From: Amoebidium appalachense
Lineage: Eukaryota; Protista; Ichthyosporea
Assembly (NCBI GenBank): GCA_963693365.1
Contig: CAVNZM010000001.1
Coordinates: 4,976,907 to 5,040,906 of the forward strand
Direction: 5' to 3'
Length of the DNA stretch: 64,000 nt
The notes beneath the pieces were generated by a model, which saw nothing but the letters and a program-made list of their open reading frames with translations, was not told the origin of the DNA and ran no database searches. The position numbers were made by a program, and so were the translations under genes. This document shows, piece by piece, positions 12,853 through 29,496 of this stretch; position 1 is the stretch's first letter; each line of letters starts with the position of its first letter.

Positions 12853-14492
12853 ACAGTGATGCCCAGCAGCAACACGGCATCCAGGGCATACTGCCACGGA
12901 CTGGACCCATCCAGCTCCAGCCGCAGGCAGTTGCCTGTGAATGTCGTGTTCTTGTCCAGCTGGTAGTTGGTGGCCTGTGATCCTGGCGTACCGGGCACAA
13001 ACTGGGATTGGCCGCGGTATAGGGGTGTCCAAATGGAGGTGTCATTGGCCGTGGCAGCCGTCACGTTGGCAAGGTTGGCACCGGAAACGGTGTGGACCAT
13101 ACCTGGAGAGAGGGTCTCGTAGAGGGTAGCAAACTTCATCCTCATACGGCGCTCAAAACACACAACGGCCCACTCCGACTTTTGGTTACCTGGCTCCCAA
13201 ACACCGTCAGAAATTCCCCACTGGGGATACTTCGTGGGCGGGCCAAGCAGCTGCTCCGAACCAACTTGCCCGGACCCCCGTATCTGAGTACCAAGTTGTG
13301 AACCCGATACAACAGGGACTATGGTTGGATACTGGGGTAGCCAGGTATCACCTGTGCTCACCCAGTCCCCTGTAGTGGCCCCTACCCCTCCACGTATGCC
13401 CACGGCGTCAATCATCCAGTGGTCACCAATACCCGCAGGATTGGCATCGAGTCGGACACAGTTGATTTTTGTTTTCACGTTGGTGAGGTCTAGCACGGGG
13501 CGCCAGGTCCTGCGTGTATCATATTGGCAGCCCTCAATTGGTTTGTCGTACACCACGGTCCACTGGGGGCTCCACGTAGCAGACGTCAAGTTGACCAATG
13601 TAACACTGATCTTATTGATGCGGCAGGGAATCCAGTTTTCACGCACCTCCAGCAACTGCAGCCACATGGGTGTGTCGTAGCACACCGTGACATACTGGCC
13701 CGCCGTATTTGCCTGACCAATCCATGAACGTGAGCGCCCAGTAGGCGCGTCCGGGGGACCCAAAATACGATCCCTGCCCCAGTTGTATGGGTCCGGGTAG
13801 TCGTATGAAGCCTCTTTGACAGACGAGGCCCACTGCAGGCCGTTCACTAGACCGTCACCGACCGTGGCCATTGTGCCGTCACACATAGGCATTATGCCTG
13901 TCTGGGACATATCACAGAGGGTCCCGTTAGGAAGGTCCCCGATCATGCCCACCGCGTCAATGCGAACATATTGGTTCGCAAAGTGGGCCCCGTCTATCTC
14001 CAGCCTAACGCAGTTGGTCTTGAAGTTCACCCTGGAGAGGTCGAGGGCAGCGCGCCAGACTCTCCAATTGGTGGGCGTGCACACGTCTCTGCCCATGTTG
14101 TACACGGTCACCCATTTGGGGTTCCACGTGGCCGTCAGGTCGACATTGGCCACTTTGATTGTTGTTATGCGGCCAATTCCATAATTTTCGTATATCTCCA
14201 GCAGGCCTAGCTGCTGGGGCTTGTCATAGCACAGGGTGATATACTGGCCCGCAGCGCCTGGAGAGGCCGCCCATGCATAGCCGTTTTGGGCGGGCTGGGT
14301 AGCGTCCGGGGGGCCCAGAGCTTTCTGCCTGCCAAATTGGGCAGCATCGGCATTCTCGTAGGAAACTTCCTTAACACTAGTCGCCCATTGTGCTGGCGGG
14401 CAGGATCCTAATGACAAGCTGGGCTGGGCTATGCTCGAGCCAAAGAGAAAACAAAGAAGTGCCGCACAGGCAGGCACTAAAAGCAGCCTCAT
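12849..14492 (-). CDS. Intronless secreted protein (547 aa) with three tandem modules resembling the pappalysin / FBXL4 N-terminal beta-sandwich domain
   Basis: Signal peptide MRLLLVPACAALLCFLFGSSIA from the ATG at 14492. Three repeats of QW(A)xSV..LGPP(D)..W..Y/W.x.C(Y/F)D/E..YE(N/T)..G..NC(V/L)RL(E/D)..(I/L)DAV. Confidence 0.85.
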   Translation of the reverse strand: MRLLLVPACAALLCFLFGSSIAQPSLSLGSCPPAQWATSVKEVSYENADAAQFGRQKALGPPDATQPAQNGYAWAASPGAAGQYITLCYDKPQQLGLLEIYENYGIGRITTIKVANVDLTATWNPKWVTVYNMGRDVCTPTNWRVWRAALDLSRVNFKTNCVRLEIDGAHFANQYVRIDAVGMIGDLPNGTLCDMSQTGIMPMCDGTMATVGDGLVNGLQWASSVKEASYDYPDPYNWGRDRILGPPDAPTGRSRSWIGQANTAGQYVTVCYDTPMWLQLLEVRENWIPCRINKISVTLVNLTSATWSPQWTVVYDKPIEGCQYDTRRTWRPVLDLTNVKTKINCVRLDANPAGIGDHWMIDAVGIRGGVGATTGDWVSTGDTWLPQYPTIVPVVSGSQLGTQIRGSGQVGSEQLLGPPTKYPQWGISDGVWEPGNQKSEWAVVCFERRMRMKFATLYETLSPGMVHTVSGANLANVTAATANDTSIWTPLYRGQSQFVPGTPGSQATNYQLDKNTTFTGNCLRLELDGSSPWQYALDAVLLLGITV

Positions 14493-15727
14493 GGTTGCTG
14501 TGAACTCCGGCCTGTGAAAAACCTGCAAGAAATTTCTAAGAGGCAAGCATCTGCTGCTGCTGCATGTCTTACAATTCAGTTAGAGGGCAGAGATGATAAA
14601 ACGGTTTGGCAGCACAAGTTTCAATATACACCGTGTTACACACGCTGGCACTTTGCCTCATGTCTGCGTGCCACACTGTTTGACTGTGACAAGCAGACAA
14701 GGCCTTCCGTTAAATTTTATGTTTCAAGTCACGGCCAAAATCCCGACGGTCGGGCCACGGTGGTGACTCGAACACAGAAGTGTAAAGCTATCCGAAGTAT
14801 AATGTCTGGATACATTTTTATTTTTTCTTTTGACATTTTTATTGGATTTCGTTCAATATCCAACAAGTCAACTCTGTGGACTAGATAAACATGCATGTGT
14901 GGCGCGTTCAGTGGTGGTTTGTGGCTGACTGAGACGTTGATAAGCTTCCTGTTATGCGGCCAATTCCATAATTTTCATATATCTCCACCAGGCCTAGCTG
15001 CTGGGGCTTGTCATAGCAGAGGGTGATATACTGGCCCGCAGCGCCTGGAGGGGCCGCCCATGCATAGCCGTTATGGGCGGGCTGGATATCGTCCGGGGGG
15101 CCCAGAGCTTTCTGCCTGCCAAATTGGGCAGCATCGGCATTCTCGTAGGAAACTGCCTTAACACTATAGTCGCCTATATGCATTGTGCTGGCGGGCAGGA
15201 TCCAAATGACAAGCTCGGCTGGGCTATGCTCGAGCCAAAGAGAAAACAAAGAAGTGCCGCACAGGCAGGCACTAAAAGCAGCCTCATCATGGTTGCTGTG
15301 AACTCCGGCCTGTGAAAACCCTGCAAGAAATTTCTAAGAGGCAAGCATCTGCTGCTGCTGCATGTCTTACAATTCAGTTAGAGGGCAGAGATGATAAAAC
15401 GGTTTGGCAGCACAAGTTTCAATATACACCGTGTTACACACGCTGGCACTTAGCCTCATGTCTGCGTGCCACACTGTTTGACTGTGACAAGCAGACAAGG
15501 CCTCCCCTTAAATTTCATGTTTCAAATCACGGCCAAGATCCCGCCGGTCGGGCCACGGTGGTGACTCGAACACAAAAGTGTAAAGCTATCCGAAATATAA
15601 TGTCTGGATACATTTTTATTGGATTTCGTTCAATATCCAATAATTCAACTCTGTGGACTAGATAAACATGCATTTGTGGCGCGTTCAGTGGTGGTTTGTG
15701 GCTGACTGAGGCGTTGAGAAGCTTCCT
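14164..15727. repeat. Head-to-tail tandem duplication (14164-14950 and 14951-15727) of the upstream region and 5' end of the secreted gene
   Basis: Both units start gttatgcggccaattccataatttt and end aagcttcct; they differ by scattered substitutions and small indels. Confidence 0.95.
14951..15290 (-). pseudogene. Truncated, frameshifted duplicate of the first ~110 codons of the 12849-14492 gene
   Basis: Retains SYENADAAQFGRQKALGPPD..YENYGIGRIT. Small insertions near 15165-15180 break the frame, and the copy ends at the duplication junction. Confidence 0.85.
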
Positions 15728-15836
15728 CAGCCGGCTACAGTCACGGGCTCTTCTTGCGGTGGCAGTTAGCTCTGTGGCCTTGGTTTTTGTGTCCGCTTGT
15801 TTTGTAGTGTTGGTTCCTTGCAGCATTCCTTTTGTG

Positions 15837-17610
<1,774 letters not shown>

Positions 17611-18569
17611 CCCCTCCCCGTTTCAAAATCAAGAATCCCTAGGGGCAATCGAGCAATTTGAAGTGGAGGCAATCGAGCAATATTGTTATCATGATCATAG
17701 TATGCTATCTGCTATGTATATAGTACTGACTCTTTTTTTTAAAAAAAAATTTCTTACTTGTCCAATATAATTTTTGGATATTATGTATATATCTGCGGAG
17801 CCTACCTCCACATGTACCATTTGAGCGACTCGATACTAGTACTAGCTAGTCGTCTCTTTGAGATATCTGTGATATCTCCTTTTCTTCATGAGCACATCAA
17901 TAAAGTCATTATAAAAAAATAAAATAAAAATTGTGGTCATGACATCACACATCACCAATAAATACATCGCATGGCGCGGATGAAACCCAGCATGCGGCGT
18001 TTGGTAACCTTGGTAGCAGTGCGAGTTTCTCAACGTGATGCCGTGTTTTCCATTCATAAAGCGTCGGTAGGTGAGCTCTGTAGCTGGCACGTACTGATGG
18101 TGCCTGGGCTGCTATGAACTTGCCGTTTGCCTCACGCCCAGGCACGTTGAAATTTATGATCACGTACCGTGCAACAGCCAATCAAAACGTTATAAAATAG
18201 ATCGGCCAATCGGCGTGTTGTATCACTGTTTAGGGTATGCGTTCAACGAGTTTCGACGCGTGCGTCTTGACCCCACCTTGAGGCAACTTTTAAAAAAAAT
18301 TAAAAGCCAATCGTTGGATAGGTACGAAGCGCAGCAAAATCCGAAATATTGCATAATATTGAGGCAATCCAGATGGGGGTTTACGCTGTTTACTCGAGGC
18401 AAAGAGAACCAGTCTCAGGTATGGGGGGGGGGGTTTTGCTCGGAATATCCCCTCAGCGGTATATCATGATCACGTACATAGATGTCGGGTGGTGACTATA
18501 TATCAGGGTTTACTTTCTCTACGAGACACCATAAAGACTACAAGGAGAAATCAATTAGTTGGGGTTCCC

Positions 18570-18607
<38 letters not shown>

Positions 18608-18639
18608 GGGCTCCCCTCGGGACACTCGGTATCAGCTGG

Positions 18640-18692
<53 letters not shown>

Positions 18693-19634
18693 TGTGTGTG
18701 TGTGCGCGTGCGCTATAATTTTGTAGTGATGTGTTTCTCAAGCCAATCAATACATCTAATAAACAGGTCGTAGTTACGCGTGTTTAGTATAAAATCAAGG
18801 ATGTTGTAATTTACAGGTAGGCTATCTTTCTGGGTGTCTGTTGTGAATGTGACGTGTGTGTGTTGCGGTATTATGTGGTCTATCAAACTACATTTGGCGA
18901 TACATGACCGGTTAAACTGGTGTGTGTGTGTGTTGTTTGGGCATGCAAATGATGCCACCTTATACTTATTAGATCTCCACTGTATAGCACGTGTACAGTA
19001 AAAGCGTGGTAATTGATCAATAATACCATCAGCTAGAGAAAGACCAGTTCTACAGGAAGGTAATATGTATTTAGGTGTTATACACTTGCGAGTGCCATAT
19101 TTGGCAATATGGTTGAGGCGGTCAGTATATATAAAACGAGACATAAGGCTTAGTTTTTCAAGGTGTATGCTTTCATCGGGTCTAGTGTCGTGTGGTATCT
19201 TTTTCCATTTGTTATATTGCGTGATTATCTTGTGATTGTGTACATGTTTAATCCAGATAGGGCATCACGTCAGCCGCGTGCGCTCAAATATTTCAAACCT
19301 TGTTCAACAGCCGCGACCGTTATTCTTGTCGCAAGGCTTTCAAGCGCCGGCACTTCTCGTGCACAGTTTTTCTGAAAACTTTTTGTGATGTACTGCGCTC
19401 GTTTCACTGAATCCGCGTGGTCTACCGTTGCAATATTTTGTATTTTGTCTATAGCACATTTAGCTAGGTTGTAGCAGCATACTGCGTGGATTGTCTGCTT
19501 AATAATCTTTTCTTTCATCCCTGCCGCACATGTACAAGTACCTTAGTTAAGCCTAGAGTGCATTCATACTCTTTTTCTGCTTTTTCTGCACGTGTGTGTG
19601 TGTGTCACGGTGTGTTTTGTGCGTGTGTACGCGC

Positions 19635-19665
<31 letters not shown>

Positions 19666-22054
19666 TGCGCCCCCACATACGCATGCGCGCGGTCACAGTG
19701 TGTGTGTGGTGCATGTGATTTGTGTGAGTAGTGATTGTGAACGCTTTGTGTACCCAAGTGGGTGTGCACGTGCGTGTGTGTCCAGCGAGAATGCATACAG
19801 CAGCGGGGGTGGGGGGGGGGGGGGGAGGAGGGGGGGGGAGGGAGGAGGGACGGAGGAGGGGAGGGAGGGAGGGGGGAGGGGGGAGGGGGGGGGGATGGGG
19901 GGGAGGGGGGGGGGGGGGACGCGGTGCAGCCAGGGCTCCATGTGCTGATTCTTGAAGGCTTCATGTGTTTGTATTTGTGCTGCGTGCGCGTTGTCGTACA
20001 CAGGCAATCCGTGCTTGTATGAGGGCGAGCACGTGTACGTGGTATCGCCATTGCAAGAGATCACGTGTGAGAGCATGACTGTGTACGCATGTGTGTGCAT
20101 GTGTGTGCGTGCACAGATCTTAATCTCCTCTAACCCTCCCCGTAACATCACTAGACGGCACATATGAATAAACTGTCCGTGACGCTGCCACAAAGCTTGA
20201 CCAAGTGAGAGTTACAGGCGGAAGAAAGCAAGGCAAGAGAAGAAAGAACAGATCAGGGAGGAACTGGTTATAGGGGGGAATGGGGAGGGGCTCAGGGGAT
20301 GAGCTTGGGTGAAGGGGGGAGAGGGGGGGGAAGGGAGGGGGCGGGGGGGGGGGGGGGGGGGGGGGATGAGTTCAGGGGTAAGCCTGCCAGAGGATGTGCG
20401 TGTGATAAGTACCTGGCGTCAGAAGGATTAAGAAGTTGTGCTCTCGAGCTGTCCGTATACTCATTGGGGCCCACTAGCTGATATCGATGGGCATTAAGAT
20501 TGCAATTTCCATGTTCAGAATTCAAGATATGAGGATGACACCATATATACACCAACAGAATAGTCGCTTGTCTGGCGAGTATGAACGGTGTATCCAGGGA
20601 GACAGAGCTTCCCCAAACTAAAGGTCACGAAGATAGCAAAAAATGAAAGGAAGTAATCGTGGCGTGTCAGTGTTTAGCTATATTATAGGGTTTGTGGCGA
20701 GCCACAATACGAAATGACATTGTACGGTGCAGTACTAGACTAAGCTTAAGTGCTCGCGATCGTGGCTTTTCTTTTGGGCGCCAAGCAATAAAGTATGGAT
20801 TCCACAATCTTCATATACTCCCTGACATGTCGACCGTTCACCGTTTCAAGGGATTTATTTTTTTCGAATGACTGGTACATATAATATGGTTACGATTAGA
20901 TACATCCATATAGGGAATTTCCTATCATATTTTTGCCTGTCTGTCGGAATGAGTGACGCTTAGGACCACTTCATACTATGCTGGCATATCAGCTGCAAAA
21001 ATACTTTGATCCTTCCCCCTTTTTTTCCTATCATATTTCGACTCCCACTTCTATATTAGGCATTTTTTTAAAAAACCGCTTACGCAACAGACAACCATAT
21101 ACGGTTATCACCAGCTACTTCGATGTCGAGCAGTGCAGCACCTTGAACCGTAGGTTTCGAAACATAGCGTTTTTAGGACGAAAATAATGCTTATAGACAA
21201 AGATGATAAATATCCAATCATATTGGTTATTCCAAAAATGAATCTGTGCCAATGAGAATGCAGTTGCAGCCTTGCCACTTAAATGGCCAATCAGACTGTA
21301 ACAACAAATGCAGCTAGACATATATATGACTAGTACCCACGCACCTGCGAGTATCAAGTTGTGAAGGTTCGGATCGTCCCTGGATACCGGGTGGAGTGGG
21401 AGGGTTGCTCGAGCCGAAATACAGACAGAAAACTGATAAATTCAAAATAAATATGCTTTTTTACTTTTGAAGTGAAGAAAAGTGAGGAAAGAAGAAACTG
21501 ACTGATGGTCAAAACGCGGCGCGACTGTTGTAACGGCAATGAGATAAAACTATCGCACTGATTTCACCAATCATCGATTGGTATGTGGTATGCAATAGCA
21601 CCGATAATTTTTAGATCGTCAGCCAATCACATCAGATGAACCTAAGCCGTCCAAATTTTATCGCTTTAGCGCGCGGCACGGGCCCCAAACACGGCCCTCT
21701 GAAAAAAAGACAAATCGCGGCGCACGTGAAAAATTGATAACTTTTAAGTTATGACATAGACCCGCCCGAGCACATACGTATATATATACCAGAATATAGA
21801 CAACAAATTTTATATTATTTGTTTGTATATTAGTTATTATGAGCACTGTAAGACTCCTTTTTATTTTTATTATATTGGGCTCAGATAGTACCACTTGCAA
21901 GTCCATGCACTAGGACACGTACATCATACACACCGCTTGAGCTAACATTGTCGCTGCAATGCATGCATAATATGCGTGCCGAATATCGTTCGTTTACGGC
22001 CGGGCCTGTATATGTACACGGTGAGTTTGGCTGGTCATTTGCCCTATATACATT

Positions 22055-22094
<40 letters not shown>

Positions 22095-22097
<3 letters not shown>

Positions 22098-22450
22098 CGT
22101 GACAACATGGCGGAGGGGTGCCGGCAGAGGGGTGATTTTTTACCCCTCCGTGGAGTCACCCCTCCGTCACACTGCGGAGGGGGGCAGAGGGGTTTTTCGG
22201 CAATCGCGGAGGGGGGTGAGTGGGTGGCCGAGGGGTAAATCTGACAATGCGGAGGGGTGTCTTGGACGACGCAGAGGGGTGCACCCCTCCGCCGGCGCCC
22301 TCCATAAGTTACCCCTCCGCCACGATGACGAAACCCCTCCGCGAGTGTGAAATTGTCGCACCGCAGAGGGGTAAGCGCCGAGGGGTTTTTGAAATGTGAC
22401 AAGACAGAGGGGTAGTTTTCCTAATGATCCTGTTTGGCGGAGGGGTGGGT

Positions 22451-22495
<45 letters not shown>

Positions 22496-23314
22496 GCACG
22501 ACTGACTAAAAAAAAAAAAAAATGATGTATCAGTGACACGACATTTAGTAAGTATTAAATTGGCATGCACTGTAGTAAATTGCTGACAGATAATAGGCTA
22601 TCAATTGCAAGTTACATCATAGGATACTTAAATGAAATATTAAAATTCACAAAGGAATATGAAGTGTATACATAATCTTGGGGTTTAATCCTCTTTAATT
22701 TCCATAGTAAATTGGGTTACACTGAGTGTGCACGCATGCGCAACCTTACAATCTGTTGCTCCGCTATTGGCTGAAGGTCATGATTTCCGAGTACCGGTGG
22801 AATTTGTGAAGCCAATCAGATGTTTTTGGGAATACCATTAGTCAATCATATGATGATAATGCTTGCCCGATCAGCTCTCACACAGTCGTGGAAAAAAAAG
22901 GAAAATAAAGTAGAAGACCAAGTTTCCAGATCAAAACCACGTAGTGATGGTTTTATATCAGTATCTTAGTCATAATCCTGACTAAAAAACCAGCTAAGTA
23001 TTGCGCAATGGACATCGAAATAATTTATCAGGGTACGCGGTGGCTGCCTGGTATTTCCTGGGAGCCAATCGCATGCCAGTATGGCACATCGGCTGGCATT
23101 CCATTGTGGCCTAACAGATACGCAGAACACGTGCTCGTTGCAAAATTGTCATGTGGCCAGGGCGGTACCGGGTTACGGGTACAAAGCAACACATTTTGAT
23201 AGAGCATAGGTAATAGTTGGTAAAACAAACGCGATACGTAGGCGTATGCACATGATGTAAACTTTGATCCTGCATCAGAATGGGCCCTGAACTGGGCTGT
23301 CCTGTTCACGCAGC

Positions 23315-23351
<37 letters not shown>

Positions 23352-23652
23352 CCCCATTTTACCCCTCCACCCCTTATAAGTTTCCCCTCCGCGATGTCAC
23401 ATTTGCCCTCCACCCCTCGGCGTCCCCCTCCGCAGAGTCATCTTTGGGCATGTTTTTATGACCTTGCGGAGGGGTGGCAGAGGGGTGTACCCGTCCGCGC
23501 ACCCCTCTGCGGAGTCACAAAAACCCCTCCGCACCCCTCCGCGATGTAAGAAAACCCCTCTGCAATGTCCTGTTTTATGGGCGGAGGGGTAACTCCGCGG
23601 AGGGGTAAAACTCACCCCTCCGCCGGCACCCCCTCCGCCATTGTGTGTTACC

Positions 23653-23655
<3 letters not shown>
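22095..23655 (+). mobile_element. Non-autonomous DNA transposon, probably hAT-derived, with long imperfect inverted ends built of CCCCTCCGC motifs
   Basis: 22107-22167 (atggcggaggggtgccggcagaggggtgattttttacccctccgtggagtcacccctccg) is a near reverse complement of 23582-23641. CCCCTCCG/CGGAGGGG recurs many times in 22100-22445 and 23360-23640. A frameshifted internal remnant at 23045-23210 (AAWYFL..RARCK-C..GTKQHILIEH) resembles a BED zinc finger. Confidence 0.7.
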
Positions 23656-23700
<45 letters not shown>

Positions 23701-23719
23701 TTCCCCACCATCCTCCCCG

Positions 23720-25900
<2,181 letters not shown>

Positions 25901-26136
25901 TTTCTCTCCGTTTAAGTTGGTAGTCCACGGCTTTCACTCAATCAGTCAGTTGCTAGCTCACTCGTATATCATCCTTCTCCCCCTCTCTCCCACTCCCCTA
26001 GTCTTTTCTCATTAACTCTATGTCTCCCCCCCCCCCCCCCCTCTCCTCTCCTCAACTTCACACACGAACACACCAGTGCACACACACCGTTTACAGCAAA
26101 CACATGCACACATGCGACGTGCACACACAGTGACAT

Positions 26137-26203
<67 letters not shown>

Positions 26204-26861
26204 GTCACACACGCACACACGCACACTACACACAGAGAGACATACTGGGATGTGAAGCACACCCACACACATTCGACACCCACCACAGTTGGTGCACATA
26301 CACAAGCACACACACACACAGACTCAGACACACACAGACATACACTCACTCACACCGATTACATGTGGCAACCATGCCCACGCGCACACACACAAACGTT
26401 GCTTAGGCACACGTACACACACGCACACGCACACCACCCACACAAAAGCACACACATGCATACACACATACACTGTAAACACTCATCCCATCCGACACAG
26501 ACCCACATATATCACTTGCTGCGACCACGGTAAGCCAGATACCAGCAAAAGCACGCACTCACCGTGCACACGCATGCCTACACACTTATGTGGCACTGCC
26601 GGTGACTTGGGGATACACGCATACACACACACACACACATGGCGAGAGCGCGCGCACACGCACACATACACACACACACACACACACACATACCCGTTCA
26701 CAAACACAATCCGTTAAGTGGCGGTCACGACACACACACAGATCACACCACCATTACACATCCCACCATCACATGCCCGCCGGTAATACTGGCACATGCA
26801 CGCGCGCACACCGTGACACACACTCGCTCACTCACCGGTAGGCAGGGAGGTTCAGATGGTG

Positions 26862-26911
<50 letters not shown>

Positions 26912-26987
26912 CACACACACATTTGCGCTTACCCACGGGCGGGCGGGGGATTCGGGGGATGGGGGTGAGGGGGGGGGGGGGGGGGGG

Positions 26988-27420
26988 TCGAAGGTGCATA
27001 CACAATATATCAGGGTTTAAGTGTTGGTTTATTTTGCCGAGGGAGCTAGGGGTGATTTCAAGAGTGATTGAGAATGGCCCAGTATCGGATTTTATGCTGA
27101 CATCACAGATTGATTACAGCTGGAGGAGGGGATTCTTCTCTTCTTCTGGAGATAGGTAGGACCAGAGTTAAGTATAGAGCGCAGCTGTGTAAAAATATGC
27201 GCCCTTGCAAATGGATTGTCACAGCCTGGGTAACGATCTGAAATTTGTCTATGTCTGTGTAAGCACAGTTGCATGAGCACTGATTTGGGTGTTTACTAGT
27301 TTATATATGGCATGCATGAACATTCAAGGAGTAGCCCGAAAAGTATGTGCATGTGTATGTTAAGATCTCTGAGTCGTGAAAATGAAAGATGAGGGAAGCT
27401 TAACGAGAAACCGGTCGAAT
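26988..27420 (-). mobile_element. Possible decayed Penelope-like reverse transcriptase fragment
   Basis: Frameshifted minus-strand pieces in plausible RT order: MHAIYKL, NFRS, KIRYWAILN, TLEI, VCTFD, then poly-C. These resemble PLE RT motifs (PKxHK..R.I, W.IKNS.E, TFDF). By-eye similarity only. Confidence 0.25.
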
Positions 27421-27525
27421 ATTGAGGGTGGGATCGAGAGAGAGGGAAGCCGGACGGATAACAAAAGTATGGGAGGTGTTAGTAGAGGTAGGTATGGGTG
27501 GATGGGTGGCGGGTGGGGGCCGGAA

Positions 27526-27558
<33 letters not shown>

Positions 27559-27952
27559 GGGAAGCCGAAGGGGGAGGGACGGTTGGCGGCCTGGGCTGGG
27601 AGGGGAAGAGGTAGCATAGGCGGGGACTGGAGTGGTGGGGGGGCAGGATGCGGCTCAGAGAAACACACACACGCGGAAGACACACACGTATGCGAGATAG
27701 AAAGACGCTAAAAAGGGATGGGAGGGAGAGAGCTGCAGACAGAAAAAAGAGCTGCGGAGAGAAAGAGAGAACTTTGATAAAGAAGAAGGGATCGATTAAT
27801 CGATATGAGAGCACGAATAGATATGCAGAGAGACAGCGGGTACGTTGTGTGTACTATGTGTGCGTGTGTCATGTGCCTCGGCGTGTGTGCGTTTGTGCGC
27901 AGAGTGGCGGTGTGTGTGCTTTGAACATGTGCCAGTACGTGTGTGTGTATGT

Positions 27953-28022
<70 letters not shown>

Positions 28023-28224
28023 ATGAGGGTGCATGCTCTGTCTGTGCACATGTGTACGACGTGTGCAGTGTGTGTGTGTGCACGCGTGCCTCGCTTGTGT
28101 GTGTGTGTGTGTGTGTGGTGTTCGCTGTGCGCGCGCGCATGTGTGTGTTTGTGAGTATGCATGTGGTGTGTGTGTGTGTGTGTATGTGTGTGGGTGTGTA
28201 AGCACAAGCCAAGGTTAAGGTTTA

Positions 28225-28735
28225 ATAAGGGTTAGGGGAGGAGCTTAAATACGTTGTCACGTACACCCACATATCATTACAGAACACATTCATAACTATC
28301 ACTTGATGTATGCACACACGCACGTACGCGTATGTAAAAATACAGGCACACAGCCGCACGGCGCAGGCACGTACCCACACATGCACGCATTCACATATAC
28401 ATGCAAATGCATGCAGTACATGCATGCCATACGCTCACCCGTATCCTCCCCTTTCCTATCGACCCTGTTTGCAACAACCATCTCAGTCACCACCACGTGC
28501 ATTATAGAAGCAGAGCGCATCCATGTGCATGGCTAATTGACTGCCACCATGTTCAACATGTGCAGGTATCGACACATACGTGCTTGAATAAAAAAATCCG
28601 GACACAAAGAGGCGTGCCATGAACAGATTTCGATAGATCATATTTTACTCCAGCCAATGATTTTAGGGAGTCTCTGTGGTTTTCAAGCGGGAGGAGGCAG
28701 CGGTGAGAGACGAAGATCCACCGAGTGGCATTGCG
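28225..28735 (-). pseudogene. Decayed spliced gene fragment with a possible BIR-like signature
   Basis: Minus-strand exon-like blocks with GT/AG ends join to NHWLE*NMIYRNLFMARLFVSGFFYSST/VDRKGEDT/V..VFCNDMW, similar to BIR A.GF.Y..D.V.CF.C..W. It has in-frame TAAs and needs an indel. Confidence 0.2.
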
Positions 28736-29176
28736 GTGAGGTGATTGGGTATTTGTCATGCATTAGTTGTGTTGGATTGCTGGTTTCCATATATAGTTAA
28801 TGTGGTTCGGTTTTGATTGCATGTTCTGATTTGGTCAGATTTTAAAGCATTTGATTGGTTTCTTCAGTCTGGCTTCAAATTCCAAATGCATCGTGGGAAC
28901 GGGTATAAAAAGGAGTACATGTCGTTTGGATTTCAGTCTTTGGTTTCGTTTTAGCGTTTGTGTGAGTGTCTGGCATCAGAGGTAAAAGGGATTTGTAGAG
29001 TTAGTTGGTTGAACTAAGTTTGGTGGTGCTAGTGTATAAGCGCACAAACTAGTTGCCTTAGCTAGCTGTCCTTTTTTCTGTTGATTTCCCCGCCCTCCCA
29101 GCCCTGTTGTGGGGATAGATGAAGGGGTGTCCTTGGCCATTGCGCGTTAGGGACACTGTTTCCTTCTTTAGGGTAG

Positions 29177-29259
<83 letters not shown>

Positions 29260-29496
29260 GTACGTGCACTTACATGCACGTACACACACCATAGTTTTCA
29301 TGGTTCGTTAGATGTCCATCAACAGTTATTCATAATATTCTTTTAGAGTATTTATTTTATTTTCAAAATAATAAACTTCCGTACTTGCCTCTGATTTCAT
29401 GTCCATGAGTCTCGGGGAGCCACGACGGTAGCAAGAAATGGTCTTGCCTCCGGCATCAGATTTACCAACCATTTTCGTTGTAGTGTATCCAATGAT

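Noticed and set aside
14164-15727. RIP-like CpA to TpA hypermutation of duplicated DNA
   Set aside because: Differences between the two units include many transversions and indels, with no clear CpA bias.
18601-18630. Kolobok-like left end TTAAAGGGG
   Set aside because: No matching CCCCTTTAA right end was found.
28211-28240. Telomere-like TTAGGG seed
   Set aside because: Only one exact unit within degenerate sequence.
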